Source: a virus
Taxonomy: Duplodnaviria; Caudoviricetes
DNA: 39,006 nucleotides
IMG/VR virus record: IMGVR_UViG_3300020477_000064
Location: 1 to 39,006 of that record
Direction: 5' to 3' (one strand)
Shown here: piece by piece, positions 20,725-30,195 of the stretch
How positions within the stretch are numbered: position 1 is the stretch's first letter
How the letters are laid out: each line of letters starts with the position of its first letter
Notes under the pieces: generated by a model
Seen by the model: the letters and a program-made list of their open reading frames with translations, nothing else
Database searches by the model: none
Told to the model about the DNA's origin: nothing
Made by a program: the position numbers and the translations under genes

Positions 20725-23112
20725 TTATCTTAAAGCTATTATTCTTAAATTCCCATTAGTTTTTTGATTAGTACTTCTTGCATATATAGATTGTATTCCA
20801 TTACTTGAACTTGCACTGGTAACTATATTACCTGAAAATGCAGAATTATAACTACAACTAAACTTCATTTCCGCTCTTTCTGGACCCCATCCAATCCATA
20901 TTGCTCCAGTCTCATAATTTACTTGACCTGTATATATTTTACCATTTCTAGTCCCAGAAGAAGTCCCACTCCCTGCAGCCCTTGCTGGAGTAATCCCTCC
21001 TGAATAAGGCTCTCTATGACGATGGGAACCTCCTGTATGAGGATGCCCTCCATCAGTAGCTGTCTGCCCACCTGAATCCCATTGAATACCATTAGGCCAT
21101 GTAGTTCTAAAATCCGTAGCACCTCCATAAGGATTCCAATTAGGCATATCTCCACCTCCATGATTATGGAAAAGAGCATTTGCTGTAGGATCATATTCAT
21201 TTCCTGGAGCAGGAATACGATGAACATGGTCTGTAGCAACAAATGAATGACTATGATCTCCACCTTGATGATCATGGTCTCCTGACGATCTTTCTCTAGA
21301 AGAAGTCGCTCGCATACCTCCTGCTCTAGAAGAAACATTCTGTCCCCCATTATTTGAACCATATGGACCAAATGCCCATCCACATTCTGGATGATATGTT
21401 GAAAGTTTTATACGGGAATCTTCTGTTATATAAAGATTTCCATTTCCATCATCAAGCATAAAATTCCTAGGATCAATATCATAATCCCCAGTATCAGGAT
21501 TTAAATATTTATCATCAGGGAAATAACTAGGATGATTTTTAGGAGGTTTTCTAGGAAATACCCCAGAACCAAATAATTGAAATTCTGATCCACTTGTACC
21601 TCTAGATAATTTCACAGTTGAAACTCCCGATTTAGGATAACTAGATGTGGTAATAACTCCTCCTAAAGTATGCATATTGGAAGGACTATATATTACCAAA
21701 TCTCTACTTTCCCAATAGAATCTAGGAGAATGATTCTCCGTATCTAACCACCATCTTGGCTCTAATTTAACTAAAGCATCTGCAATATTACTGTAAATTC
21801 CTCCTAATGTTAAATCTTTCCCTGCAGTAAAAGAGATAGTCTCCTTTCTTCCATCACATTCTAAATCAAATCTATAAGAATGTCCTGCAATTAATCCTGA
21901 ATGAGTACTTGAGTCTCCATTTAATCCAAAATAAGCTTTCCCACCTACTGCAAATTTTATAGCAACTGAACCAGGAACAATACCTGTCCCAACAAGAGTA
22001 TTACTTCTTCCAAAGCCACCAGGGAAAACGCAACTTCTATAGGCTCCCCAGGAATTCGTAGTATTCATAGTAGCTACTAACTGAGTAGCAGTTCCTGCAG
22101 ATGCAGCATCAATATCATTTTGAATATGAATAAAAGCTTTATCCATTCCTGAATATAATTGTTTTCTATACGTAACAAAAGTAGTCTCTACGCTACCTCC
22201 ACTTATAAGAGTATTCATTGTTCTATATTGAGAAAAATCTCCTAAATCTCCATCTGTATCTGAAATATAATCTCCATCCGAATCTTCAACTTTAGCTATA
22301 CTATTATCTTGAAGCATATCAAAAGATCCAACATCAGCAATATTTTCATACTGCCCTGAAGTTATTTGATCAACTACTCCACCTCTATTAGGATTCATAT
22401 TTCCATAAAGCCAGTATAATTTTGAATTATCAGCATGCTCTCTATCTATAGTACCAGCTTGACCCCTTTCAACTGTAAGAACAGTAGAACTATCAACAGA
22501 AACTACTTTAATGATTTCAGCTCCTCCAGTACCAGGCCAAGTTCCAACGTCATTTTCGGCATTTATAATTATGTAATCACCAGCTTTAAAATAATAAGCA
22601 TTATTCGAATCTAAAGTTAAATCTGTTTCTCCTGCAGACATTACTTCTGCAGTTAAGATATCTGTTCCATCTGAAGCCTCGACTAGAGAATATCCCTTAT
22701 CTACACCAGTACTATCATTGTCTTTTGTATATGCATTTGCAGCGCTAGTATTTTCGTCAAAATTAACAATACCAGCGTCATTTAACATTATGTACTCTCC
22801 ACAACCTAATAGAAGATTAGTATATACAGCACTACCATTTCCATCTGGAGTTCCATTAGTCCAGGCATCATACTTTAATTGAATCTCTAATCCAGAACTC
22901 CCTTCATTAGCTAACACTAATTGCTTTGCATTTCTGATACTATCTCCTGCAATAGTTTCTGAAAACTTAAAAACCTCTAAAGGAGTATTGCTATTATCTA
23001 CTTCTTTTATCTCATTATATAATTCTGTATATTCTTTGGGAACACCAGCTAATCCTATATTAATATCCCCTGCTCTTAAACTTAATCCTGCTTGTAATTT
23101 TTGCTTAGCCAT
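20725..23112 (-). CDS. large virion structural protein with His-rich (HxH) insert
   Basis: 795 aa; EIIKV...LTVERG..GT...H domain, DDGNGNL and G.VNYETG motifs flanking an HxH-rich segment. Confidence 0.6.
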   Translation of the reverse strand: MAKQKLQAGLSLRAGDINIGLAGVPKEYTELYNEIKEVDNSNTPLEVFKFSETIAGDSIRNAKQLVLANEGSSGLEIQLKYDAWTNGTPDGNGSAVYTNLLLGCGEYIMLNDAGIVNFDENTSAANAYTKDNDSTGVDKGYSLVEASDGTDILTAEVMSAGETDLTLDSNNAYYFKAGDYIIINAENDVGTWPGTGGAEIIKVVSVDSSTVLTVERGQAGTIDREHADNSKLYWLYGNMNPNRGGVVDQITSGQYENIADVGSFDMLQDNSIAKVEDSDGDYISDTDGDLGDFSQYRTMNTLISGGSVETTFVTYRKQLYSGMDKAFIHIQNDIDAASAGTATQLVATMNTTNSWGAYRSCVFPGGFGRSNTLVGTGIVPGSVAIKFAVGGKAYFGLNGDSSTHSGLIAGHSYRFDLECDGRKETISFTAGKDLTLGGIYSNIADALVKLEPRWWLDTENHSPRFYWESRDLVIYSPSNMHTLGGVITTSSYPKSGVSTVKLSRGTSGSEFQLFGSGVFPRKPPKNHPSYFPDDKYLNPDTGDYDIDPRNFMLDDGNGNLYITEDSRIKLSTYHPECGWAFGPYGSNNGGQNVSSRAGGMRATSSRERSSGDHDHQGGDHSHSFVATDHVHRIPAPGNEYDPTANALFHNHGGGDMPNWNPYGGATDFRTTWPNGIQWDSGGQTATDGGHPHTGGSHRHREPYSGGITPARAAGSGTSSGTRNGKIYTGQVNYETGAIWIGWGPERAEMKFSCSYNSAFSGNIVTSASSSNGIQSIYARSTNQKTNGNLRIIALR

Positions 23113-23121
23113 ATTTACTCC

Positions 23122-23895
23122 TTATCCTGGCACGTCTGTTGTATCAAAATCACTATCTGTTAAACCACTTGTTGTTGCATGATGATCATATCCACTATAA
23201 TCTAGAACATTATCAGTCCCTGTTGCATCATCAGAATTTAATCTCCAATAACCTTTCAGATAAGACTTTAATGAACCCGTTTTTGTAAGATCTTTTGGCC
23301 TACCATTATTATATATATATTCTACATCATCAGCTGTAAGACATATATTTTGAAAAAATGCAATTTCACACATAATAGCATCTATAGCATCTGCACTATT
23401 AGCTCCAATTGTTGCATTTCCACTAAAGGCTGCGGGGGCAGAAACTGAAGCTCCTGTTGCATCCAAAGAACCATTTACATAGATTTTACATGTTGTTGCG
23501 CTTACATCATAAGTAAATACTAAATGATACCATATGTCATGATCTACATCAGTATCATTTAATAATGTAGATTGAGCACTACCAGTATCAGTAACTAAAG
23601 CAAACCTTTCACTATCACCACTCAAATCAACATATTGTATCCAAAATCCACCATTATTTACTGCTCCAGCTGAAAAAATAGGATATCCATCTTCATTAGA
23701 CACACTACTAGCATCTGCTGTTAATTTTATCCAACCTGAAACAGAAAAATCTTTAGAATCTACTCTGAAATGACTTGAAGCAGAGCCTCTAGCAATATAA
23801 TCACTGCCAGCCTCTGTAAATGTACATGAAGTTCTGGTTCTATATTGAGTTGGACCAGCAGAAGGCTTTAAAATCCTAGCTCCTAATCCTAACAT
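23122..23895 (-). CDS. LamG/concanavalin A-like lectin domain virion protein
   Basis: FSVSGWIK, WYHLVFTYD, KIYVNG, IGA, YNNG.P, GYWRL motifs. Confidence 0.85.
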   Translation of the reverse strand: MLGLGARILKPSAGPTQYRTRTSCTFTEAGSDYIARGSASSHFRVDSKDFSVSGWIKLTADASSVSNEDGYPIFSAGAVNNGGFWIQYVDLSGDSERFALVTDTGSAQSTLLNDTDVDHDIWYHLVFTYDVSATTCKIYVNGSLDATGASVSAPAAFSGNATIGANSADAIDAIMCEIAFFQNICLTADDVEYIYNNGRPKDLTKTGSLKSYLKGYWRLNSDDATGTDNVLDYSGYDHHATTSGLTDSDFDTTDVPG

Positions 23896-24239
23896 TACGA
23901 TCCTAAATATAAAACTACTTGTGAACCAGTATCAAATGCTACGGCTGTCCATCTCCCATAGATAGTCACGCCTGCGGGCATAGTATCTCCTGCAAATGCA
24001 TCTGAATTAGTTCCAGGACCAGCATCACTATATGTAGGCCATCTTAAAGGATCTTCAGCAACTGTTGCATCAGCTGAATCAAATTTAGAATCGGTTAGGA
24101 ATGTCATTGCGACTACTACTTGTCCTGTAGGCGGGGTATATGTAGAGGTATCGCTTAAATATGCTACCCCTGCTTGTCCTAAGGAAATGTTCTGTGCCTC
24201 TTGCACAGTATATTTGTGAGGTCCTGCGTTTCTACCCAT
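23895..24239 (-). CDS. small virion protein
   Basis: 114 aa with PAGVTIYGRWT motif; AAGGAG RBS. Confidence 0.65.
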   Translation of the reverse strand: MGRNAGPHKYTVQEAQNISLGQAGVAYLSDTSTYTPPTGQVVVAMTFLTDSKFDSADATVAEDPLRWPTYSDAGPGTNSDAFAGDTMPAGVTIYGRWTAVAFDTGSQVVLYLGS

Positions 24240-24290
24240 TTTATTCTCCTTTTGAGTTGTGCTTTAAGGACTTGGTTGTCCGTGAACGCA

Positions 24291-24392
24291 CTATTTTTTT
24301 CTTTTAGTATATTTTCTTTTCTTTCTTTTAGGTTTAACAGGTGGATTCCACCATGCTATAAATGAATTTAACAGTTTCATTGAATCTTTCAT
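24291..24392 (-). CDS. small basic peptide (33 aa, ...PVKPKRKKRKYTKRKK)
   Basis: ATGA overlap with the endolysin stop; AAGGAG upstream. Confidence 0.55.
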   Translation of the reverse strand: MKDSMKLLNSFIAWWNPPVKPKRKKRKYTKRKK

Positions 24393-24790
24393 TTCTTCTC
24401 CTTTATTAATTCAAAGTGGGGGAAATCATCGAACATATTATCATCTACCTCGAAGTTTTTGTTCCAGTCCCCTCCCCAGCGTACATTTATCCCCATTTGA
24501 TTTGCAATACCTAAAACAAAACCAGCAAATAAATGAAACCTTTCTCTATCTTCCCAATCTATCGGATAAGGAACCACGTCCACAGCCATAGATGGGCTAG
24601 CATTGTGACGACCATTAGGATAACGAACTTTTGTCTTGCCTTCTTCGTAGAGAGAATTCTGTCTATCTTTCTTTCTATGTCCTTCAAGTACGCTACAATC
24701 CACATACCTAATAACTTCATTGAACAACATTTGCAAGTCCTTTTCACATGTAGCCAGCCTCTCTTTAGATCGTCTACCAAATTTAGGCAC
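24389..24790 (-). CDS. endolysin, M15 family L-Ala-D-Glu peptidase
   Basis: EGHR..RQ..L, RH......AVD, RWGGDW and D.PHFEL zinc-peptidase motifs. Confidence 0.9.
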   Translation of the reverse strand: MPKFGRRSKERLATCEKDLQMLFNEVIRYVDCSVLEGHRKKDRQNSLYEEGKTKVRYPNGRHNASPSMAVDVVPYPIDWEDRERFHLFAGFVLGIANQMGINVRWGGDWNKNFEVDDNMFDDFPHFELIKEKK

Positions 24791-26265
24791 TATTTCCCAA
24801 CCTCATAATTATCAGTATCACCTTTAACTTGATATTCATCAGTAATTGGTGCACCTACTGCTACGTGAGGACGGCGAATAGGAACTTTTCGTGTAACATC
24901 AGGAATCTTTTTGCCTGTTTTAGGATCAACACCAACTTGAGTTTTATACATCTCAATATCTGGTATTAAATTTTTAACTCTATCCCATCTATCCCCTAAT
25001 AATGTTTGTACATCACTAATGAATTTTTTACCACTCTCCTGAGCTTTTAAACGAGGATATCTTATTGCATCTTGATTCTGAGCAACCAGTTCATTTACTG
25101 CTTCAGTAGCCGCATGATTTGCAGCATTATGTTGAGCCTCTAAAATTAAACTCTCTAAATGCCAAGACTTATCGTCTTTAGTTAGAGTATCATCATCTAA
25201 TAAAATATTTATTGTCTCTACCATATACTCTGGATCAACTGATGGTCCTAGTCTAGTTGACCGTTCATGAGTTCCGCCATAAGGACTAGTTTCACTAACA
25301 ATTTGGTCATGTAACTTCGCTCTTCTGTCAAAAGGACTTTGTAAAATACTTTTAGAGTAAGGATGATGTTCTCCATATCCAGCATCTTGAAACCCTTTAG
25401 TCCATTTACGTTGCTCGTTCATATGCTTCAAATAATCAGACTCAGTATCCAATGGAACTGTTCCTCCGTTATCGAATCTAGGTCTGCCTGTATTGGGGAT
25501 TGATCCACCACGCCAATACTTAGGTCTAACATATCCTCCACCTCTATAAGATGTCTTAGCAGGAATCTTAATAATGCCAGGATCAAAAGGACTCTCTGGA
25601 GTTCCAGGATCAAAACTATAACCCATTTGATTACTAGGAGCCTGAGCACCTGTTTCTGGGCCCACTTCTGAACCTCCTTGAGGAGTAGGTAATGTTCCAG
25701 GAATTAATGGACTCATCGCATTTACTCCCATACCTACTTGTCCACCATATTGATATCTTTTCATTGGTTGATATCCACCCCTTGATTTCATTGGACTAAT
25801 ATGCCCACCATATTTATATTTTTTCATAGGATTTGTCCCTGTTTGGTTTATAGCCTCTAATAAAGGCTTAGTTTCTGGAGTAACAGAATCTGCTTTTACA
25901 ATATATTCTCCACCCTCTGCTTCAATAGGAATTCCCCCTTGATCATGCGAAGGTCCTTGCAAATAACCACCTTCTTGGAATCCATATACTTCTTTAAATT
26001 TATCTTCAGTCCAATTATTCCGTTGCATTATAGCTTTTTTAAATTGTTCTTCTCTTGGAGTCCCTGTCATAGAACGATCAGTACCTAAAATTTCATCTAG
26101 TAAATTATCTATCCTATTTAATTGAGACATTTGAGTCCCTCGTGTCCCCCATGCAACACCATGAGGTCCAATTGTATCAACAATACCAGTGATATCCTTA
26201 GGTACAGATCCACCTCTTCTATATTTTTTCATTCTCTTATTATATTCCTTCACTGGCTCCCCCAC
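24790..26265 (-). CDS. virion protein with repeated (K/R)x(Y/F)xxGG motifs; start uncertain
   Basis: 491-aa ORF; GPSHDQGGIPIEAEGGEYIV motif; frame extends upstream through one TGA to ATG 26328. Confidence 0.7.
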   Translation of the reverse strand: MGEPVKEYNKRMKKYRRGGSVPKDITGIVDTIGPHGVAWGTRGTQMSQLNRIDNLLDEILGTDRSMTGTPREEQFKKAIMQRNNWTEDKFKEVYGFQEGGYLQGPSHDQGGIPIEAEGGEYIVKADSVTPETKPLLEAINQTGTNPMKKYKYGGHISPMKSRGGYQPMKRYQYGGQVGMGVNAMSPLIPGTLPTPQGGSEVGPETGAQAPSNQMGYSFDPGTPESPFDPGIIKIPAKTSYRGGGYVRPKYWRGGSIPNTGRPRFDNGGTVPLDTESDYLKHMNEQRKWTKGFQDAGYGEHHPYSKSILQSPFDRRAKLHDQIVSETSPYGGTHERSTRLGPSVDPEYMVETINILLDDDTLTKDDKSWHLESLILEAQHNAANHAATEAVNELVAQNQDAIRYPRLKAQESGKKFISDVQTLLGDRWDRVKNLIPDIEMYKTQVGVDPKTGKKIPDVTRKVPIRRPHVAVGAPITDEYQVKGDTDNYEVGK

Positions 26266-26324
26266 ATGTTTTTTCCCAACTGGGTGTGGCTTTCCTGAAT
26301 ACGGTCATATATGATATCCTTTTT

Positions 26325-27878
26325 TCATGCTGTCACCCAACTCCTTGGTTGTTTTTTCTTTTTATACCAACCTTCCTTGTTCTCCTCTAATCCAGTTGGT
26401 GGATGCGAATACTTACACGCATATGCTAACGCATCAATAGTGTCATCGTGCGCCATCCTTGGACCAAATGTAATAATTTCCCTATTTAATTCATAATGAT
26501 TCTTTTTTAAATGTATTTGACCGACCGAGAACCTCTGAGCAAGAATTTCTTGTATCCTATCACGCTTACTCATTCTGTTTCCAGGCAATTCAGCTTTAAA
26601 ATTAATTCCAAAGTTGTTTCTACGTCTCATTTCTGAGTAAATAGCTTGAAATATGGGTTTGCTCATAGTAGTATCCTCAATTACAAACATTTGAGGCTTA
26701 TAAAACTCACCTAAATCAAAAATATGATCAACTATACCTTTTTTCCCTGTACCTGGAATAGCTAAGACAGGCAATGTCCTATCTCTTATGTAATCTAAAA
26801 CATATATATTATTATTAGGAGTAACTGCAATAGTTAAAAGTACACTAAAGTCAGTATTCCTTCTTGCACTATCAGTAGCAGGATCAACTCCTACAAAAAT
26901 ATTACAAGGTTGAGGATCTTCTCCATCAGGTATAATAAATGTTAGTCCAGAATCAGCATCCTTCATATAAGTCCCATCCCAATACTTTATATGATCTCGA
27001 GTAAATAATGAATCATCCTCACTCTGCACTTCCATCATATACTCTTGGTAGAATTTATGGGGAGTCCCACTATCTGCATAGAACTTCTTTTTACGTTGCA
27101 TCTCTTTATGACCAAACCACGAAGGCCATAATGGTGTGCCATCTTCTTGTAGCGCTTTATATGTTATTACTTTCCAAGAAAAATCAGCCTTTTCCTTTAA
27201 AGATTGATCATATCCAACTAATATCTTTTGAATGAATGAATCATAGTGTACAGGAGTTCCATTTATTCTTAATCTTCCTGTTTTCGGCTCCAAAGCGGGA
27301 AACACCACTGCAGTAACGAGATTTGAAATCTTTGCACGACTCTCTGGAGTAATAGTATTATTCTCATCTTCAAAATCATCCAGAACAATAAGATCATAAC
27401 GCTTATGTAACTTAGCTCCACCCCTGATTCCCGATAAATTCGATTTCGAAATGAGTTTACAATTGTTTTTAAGCTCGATATCATCTTCAGTCCATTTCCT
27501 TCCCTTTAAATCACCAAAATAGTAACGTATTTTATCATTATATTCTATATGATATTTAATATAGTCCAAATTAGGTACGGATATCTTACTAGATGCAGCA
27601 ACCCAGCCATAAAACAATGGCTCTTCTGCAAACATAAAGTCATGCATAATACTACATTTAGTAAGTACTGTTTTACCATGCCCCCTAGGTAAAATAACTG
27701 CCAGCTGTCTATAGCCATGGTCATTTAATGCATCGCATACTTCATAATGAAAAAAAGGAGTCTCACTCCTCATAAAATCATCTGGTAAGAACAACTTCCC
27801 AAATGCTACTAAATCTGTATATGCTAATCTTAATTCTTCTTCTGCTTCTGAAATATTACGACTATTTATATTAGCCAT
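26325..27878 (-). CDS. terL: terminase large subunit
   Basis: Walker A PRGHGKT, Walker B LIVLDDFE, GT coupling motif, nuclease GVDPA and HDDTIDALAY. Confidence 0.95.
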   Translation of the reverse strand: MANINSRNISEAEEELRLAYTDLVAFGKLFLPDDFMRSETPFFHYEVCDALNDHGYRQLAVILPRGHGKTVLTKCSIMHDFMFAEEPLFYGWVAASSKISVPNLDYIKYHIEYNDKIRYYFGDLKGRKWTEDDIELKNNCKLISKSNLSGIRGGAKLHKRYDLIVLDDFEDENNTITPESRAKISNLVTAVVFPALEPKTGRLRINGTPVHYDSFIQKILVGYDQSLKEKADFSWKVITYKALQEDGTPLWPSWFGHKEMQRKKKFYADSGTPHKFYQEYMMEVQSEDDSLFTRDHIKYWDGTYMKDADSGLTFIIPDGEDPQPCNIFVGVDPATDSARRNTDFSVLLTIAVTPNNNIYVLDYIRDRTLPVLAIPGTGKKGIVDHIFDLGEFYKPQMFVIEDTTMSKPIFQAIYSEMRRRNNFGINFKAELPGNRMSKRDRIQEILAQRFSVGQIHLKKNHYELNREIITFGPRMAHDDTIDALAYACKYSHPPTGLEENKEGWYKKKKQPRSWVTA

Positions 27879-28501
27879 TATTTATCCATATATTCCTCTA
27901 TAGGAATAGCTTTATTACCGATATATCTATAACCAAATTTAAATTCTTTTGAATTAGCTAATTGACTTTTAGTATATTTAGTCTCTGAAGGAGCCGATAC
28001 CCATCCTCTGTCATGATATACTGTTGCTCCTCCTAAAAGATTCCCATATTCCCAGCTAGGTTCTTCATAATTACTACCTGCTATTCCAACATGTAGTCCT
28101 GATGGGCCTCCTCCAGGTAAAGCCACAATATCTCCTACTTGTATATCTTCTTTCTTGTCAATCCTAATAAAATTAGGATCCTTATCTAGCAAATCAGTAA
28201 GCCTACCAGCATTCTCGCTATATGGAATATCTACTCCTGCATCTGCAAAAGACTTACACACAAAAGTAGCACACATATTACTATAATGCTTTTTCTTGTT
28301 AACCCAAACATATGTATCTAAACCTGTATCATGCCTGAACTTAGCAGCATCGGCGATATTTTGATTATCCTTGGGTATCCCTTCAATGCCTGCTATATCT
28401 TTATTTATATCTACAGCAGTCTTATCAGGCTCTGCAGTTTCAAATTGAAAATCCTTTAATACATCAGATTGTATAGTATTTGGATCAAACTCATTCCCCA
28501 T
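27878..28501 (-). CDS. CHAP/NlpC-P60-like cysteine hydrolase
   Basis: CATFV...F..AG, GDIV and HVGI catalytic Cys/His arrangement. Confidence 0.75.
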   Translation of the reverse strand: MGNEFDPNTIQSDVLKDFQFETAEPDKTAVDINKDIAGIEGIPKDNQNIADAAKFRHDTGLDTYVWVNKKKHYSNMCATFVCKSFADAGVDIPYSENAGRLTDLLDKDPNFIRIDKKEDIQVGDIVALPGGGPSGLHVGIAGSNYEEPSWEYGNLLGGATVYHDRGWVSAPSETKYTKSQLANSKEFKFGYRYIGNKAIPIEEYMDK

Positions 28502-29228
28502 CTGTTATTTCCTTACGTTTAACTTCTTCTAATTGATCGTTAGAAAAGCCCTGGAATACCGCTCCAGAGATTTGTTGCACACTTGTTTTAGTCTTATCCT
28601 CCAGATCTAGAATATCGGATAGCTTAAATAAGGCTTTCAACCTTGTCTCCTCCTTTGAGCCGTCAGTAGCCAGGGCTTTTATATTCTCCAATACAAGTTT
28701 ATCACTTATATTCAACTCCTCTAATACAGGTCTTAACTTCTCATTCATACGTGTAGTTATCCTCTCTGTTTTAATTAACTTCCCAGCCTTCACATTTGCG
28801 TAGCTAGGGTTATTTGTAGGAAAGGCTTCTAAATATGCTTGTTGTGGAGTCATTCTTTTGTCCATCCAATAGTGCAAAAACAACTCTTCCCTACTATTTA
28901 AATCTTTACGAGCTTCGACTATATCATCTACGTGGATATCCCCACCAAACGAATATATATTCACTCTTCTTGAAGTATCCATTAAGGTCTTATCAGATAC
29001 TATAAAAGTACCAGTACAAGTACCTATATACCTAACTTGACGGTTCTTGCCCTTTACCTTAAGCATTGAACCTTTTCTTAAGATTTGAATAATACAATCA
29101 TCATCTGCCTTGACCCAATCACCTATGTGACCTTCCCTCCAATCCCTTAAATAATGGATATCTTCAGGAACTTCATCCTTTGAGTCAAAAACTACATGAT
29201 CAATTTTATTTACTTTATATGATCTCAT
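28491..29228 (-). CDS. probable terminase small subunit
   Basis: QQAYLEAFP...YA...A.KL helix-turn-helix segment and RLKAL.KL motif, near terL. Confidence 0.6.
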   Translation of the reverse strand: MRSYKVNKIDHVVFDSKDEVPEDIHYLRDWREGHIGDWVKADDDCIIQILRKGSMLKVKGKNRQVRYIGTCTGTFIVSDKTLMDTSRRVNIYSFGGDIHVDDIVEARKDLNSREELFLHYWMDKRMTPQQAYLEAFPTNNPSYANVKAGKLIKTERITTRMNEKLRPVLEELNISDKLVLENIKALATDGSKEETRLKALFKLSDILDLEDKTKTSVQQISGAVFQGFSNDQLEEVKRKEITDGE

Positions 29229-29260
29229 TGAAACATAAACCTTGCCAAAGGTTTAGGTAT

Positions 29261-29431
29261 TTAAGTTATTCCTACCTCATCTGAAACAACTAAATCTCCA
29301 AGCTCATCATCAAGCTCAATTCTTTCACCCCCTATTTCAAGAAACGCCTTTGCATTATCAATATATTCCTTAATAAATGACACTTCTTCAGTGACAGGGT
29401 CATAACCGATTTTTAATACATATACTTTCAT
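29261..29431 (-). CDS. small acidic hypothetical protein, first late gene
   Basis: MKVYVLKIGYDP...; ATG 29431 has AAGGAG RBS, better than the GTG start at 29470. Confidence 0.7.
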   Translation of the reverse strand: MKVYVLKIGYDPVTEEVSFIKEYIDNAKAFLEIGGERIELDDELGDLVVSDEVGIT

Positions 29432-29553
29432 ATGATCTCCTTTATTGAGTATACAACTCTCCCTGAGCACAATACCCTAAATTTTCTTAACTTTACACTT
29501 CCTTTGAACCAGTAATTAACTCCCATATTCAAATTTATAATAAAGCAATTTTC

Positions 29554-29667
29554 ATCGGTTATTGGGGAAAACTCTGTATCCTATATGGAGAGTAACCCAA
29601 CTTCTGACCCCCTTAGCAGAACGATTTGCACGGGTACTAATTGGGTGATAATCAAATGATTACCGAT
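29554..29667 (-). ncRNA. structured leader/ncRNA at the head of the late operon
   Basis: AUCGGU/ACCGAU closing helix, ACCCAAUU/AGUUGGGU, UUCUG/CAGAA, ACUCU/AGAGU helices; possible GGGG/CCCC pseudoknot. Confidence 0.5.
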
Positions 29668-29672
29668 ATGGT

Positions 29673-29702
29673 AATATATATTAGAAATAAGTTAGAAAGC
29701 AA
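29673..29702 (-). promoter_or_regulatory. candidate sigma70-type promoter for the late arm
   Basis: TTGCTT-N18-TATATT; predicted start site falls at the 5' end of the structured leader. Confidence 0.4.
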
Positions 29703-29844
29703 GAAGGTTTAAAAATTGTGTCATTTTATCGTGTGGTGTTTTTTCAAAGGGTACTCCCCTATCGGGAGATTTCGTAAACCGAATTTACGTTATTTTTGAT
29801 TTGTTATTTTGTGTTTATTTTGAATTTAAATAGGAGATAAAAAG

Positions 29845-30075
29845 ATGAATAGAAATGATAAGTGGCAAAACAATAAAGACTATGGTAGAGCTAGTGATGT
29901 TCAGCTTAATGAAGCACAACGTAGTGCCATAGGTGACTTAGCTATTGCTCACCTTGCCAGTGGGAATTCTGATATGTTTAAGTTAGCTATTAGTTCGTTA
30001 GCTAAGATAGATGTGCAGAATGAAATCAATGCTAAGTTCGATGCTATCTTTGATAGATTGGCTGAGCTTAAGTAA
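29845..30075 (+). CDS. hypothetical protein, first early gene
   Basis: 76 aa, AGGAG RBS. Confidence 0.75.
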   Translation: MNRNDKWQNNKDYGRASDVQLNEAQRSAIGDLAIAHLASGNSDMFKLAISSLAKIDVQNEINAKFDAIFDRLAELK

Positions 30076-30080
30076 GTTTG

Positions 30081-30144
30081 GGTTGACAATGTACAAGGGG
30101 TAACACTATGGGGTGAAAGCCATAGCATCCTTGCGTTGTCTACC
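30081..30144 (+). ncRNA. long intergenic hairpin
   Basis: GACAAUG/CGUUGUC, CAAGG/CCUUG and CUAUGG/CCAUAG stacked helices, loop GGUGAAAG. Confidence 0.5.
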
Positions 30145-30195
30145 ATTATATATACCTAACTTATACCTAACACATAATAAAGTAGAGGGGTCAAT

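Noticed and set aside
30083-30112. Sigma70 promoter at TTGACA
   Set aside because: No acceptable -10 hexamer at 16-18 nt; the hexamer is part of a hairpin arm.
30151-30171. TATACCTAAC direct repeat as an operator
   Set aside because: Only two adjacent copies in AT-rich DNA; no other support seen.
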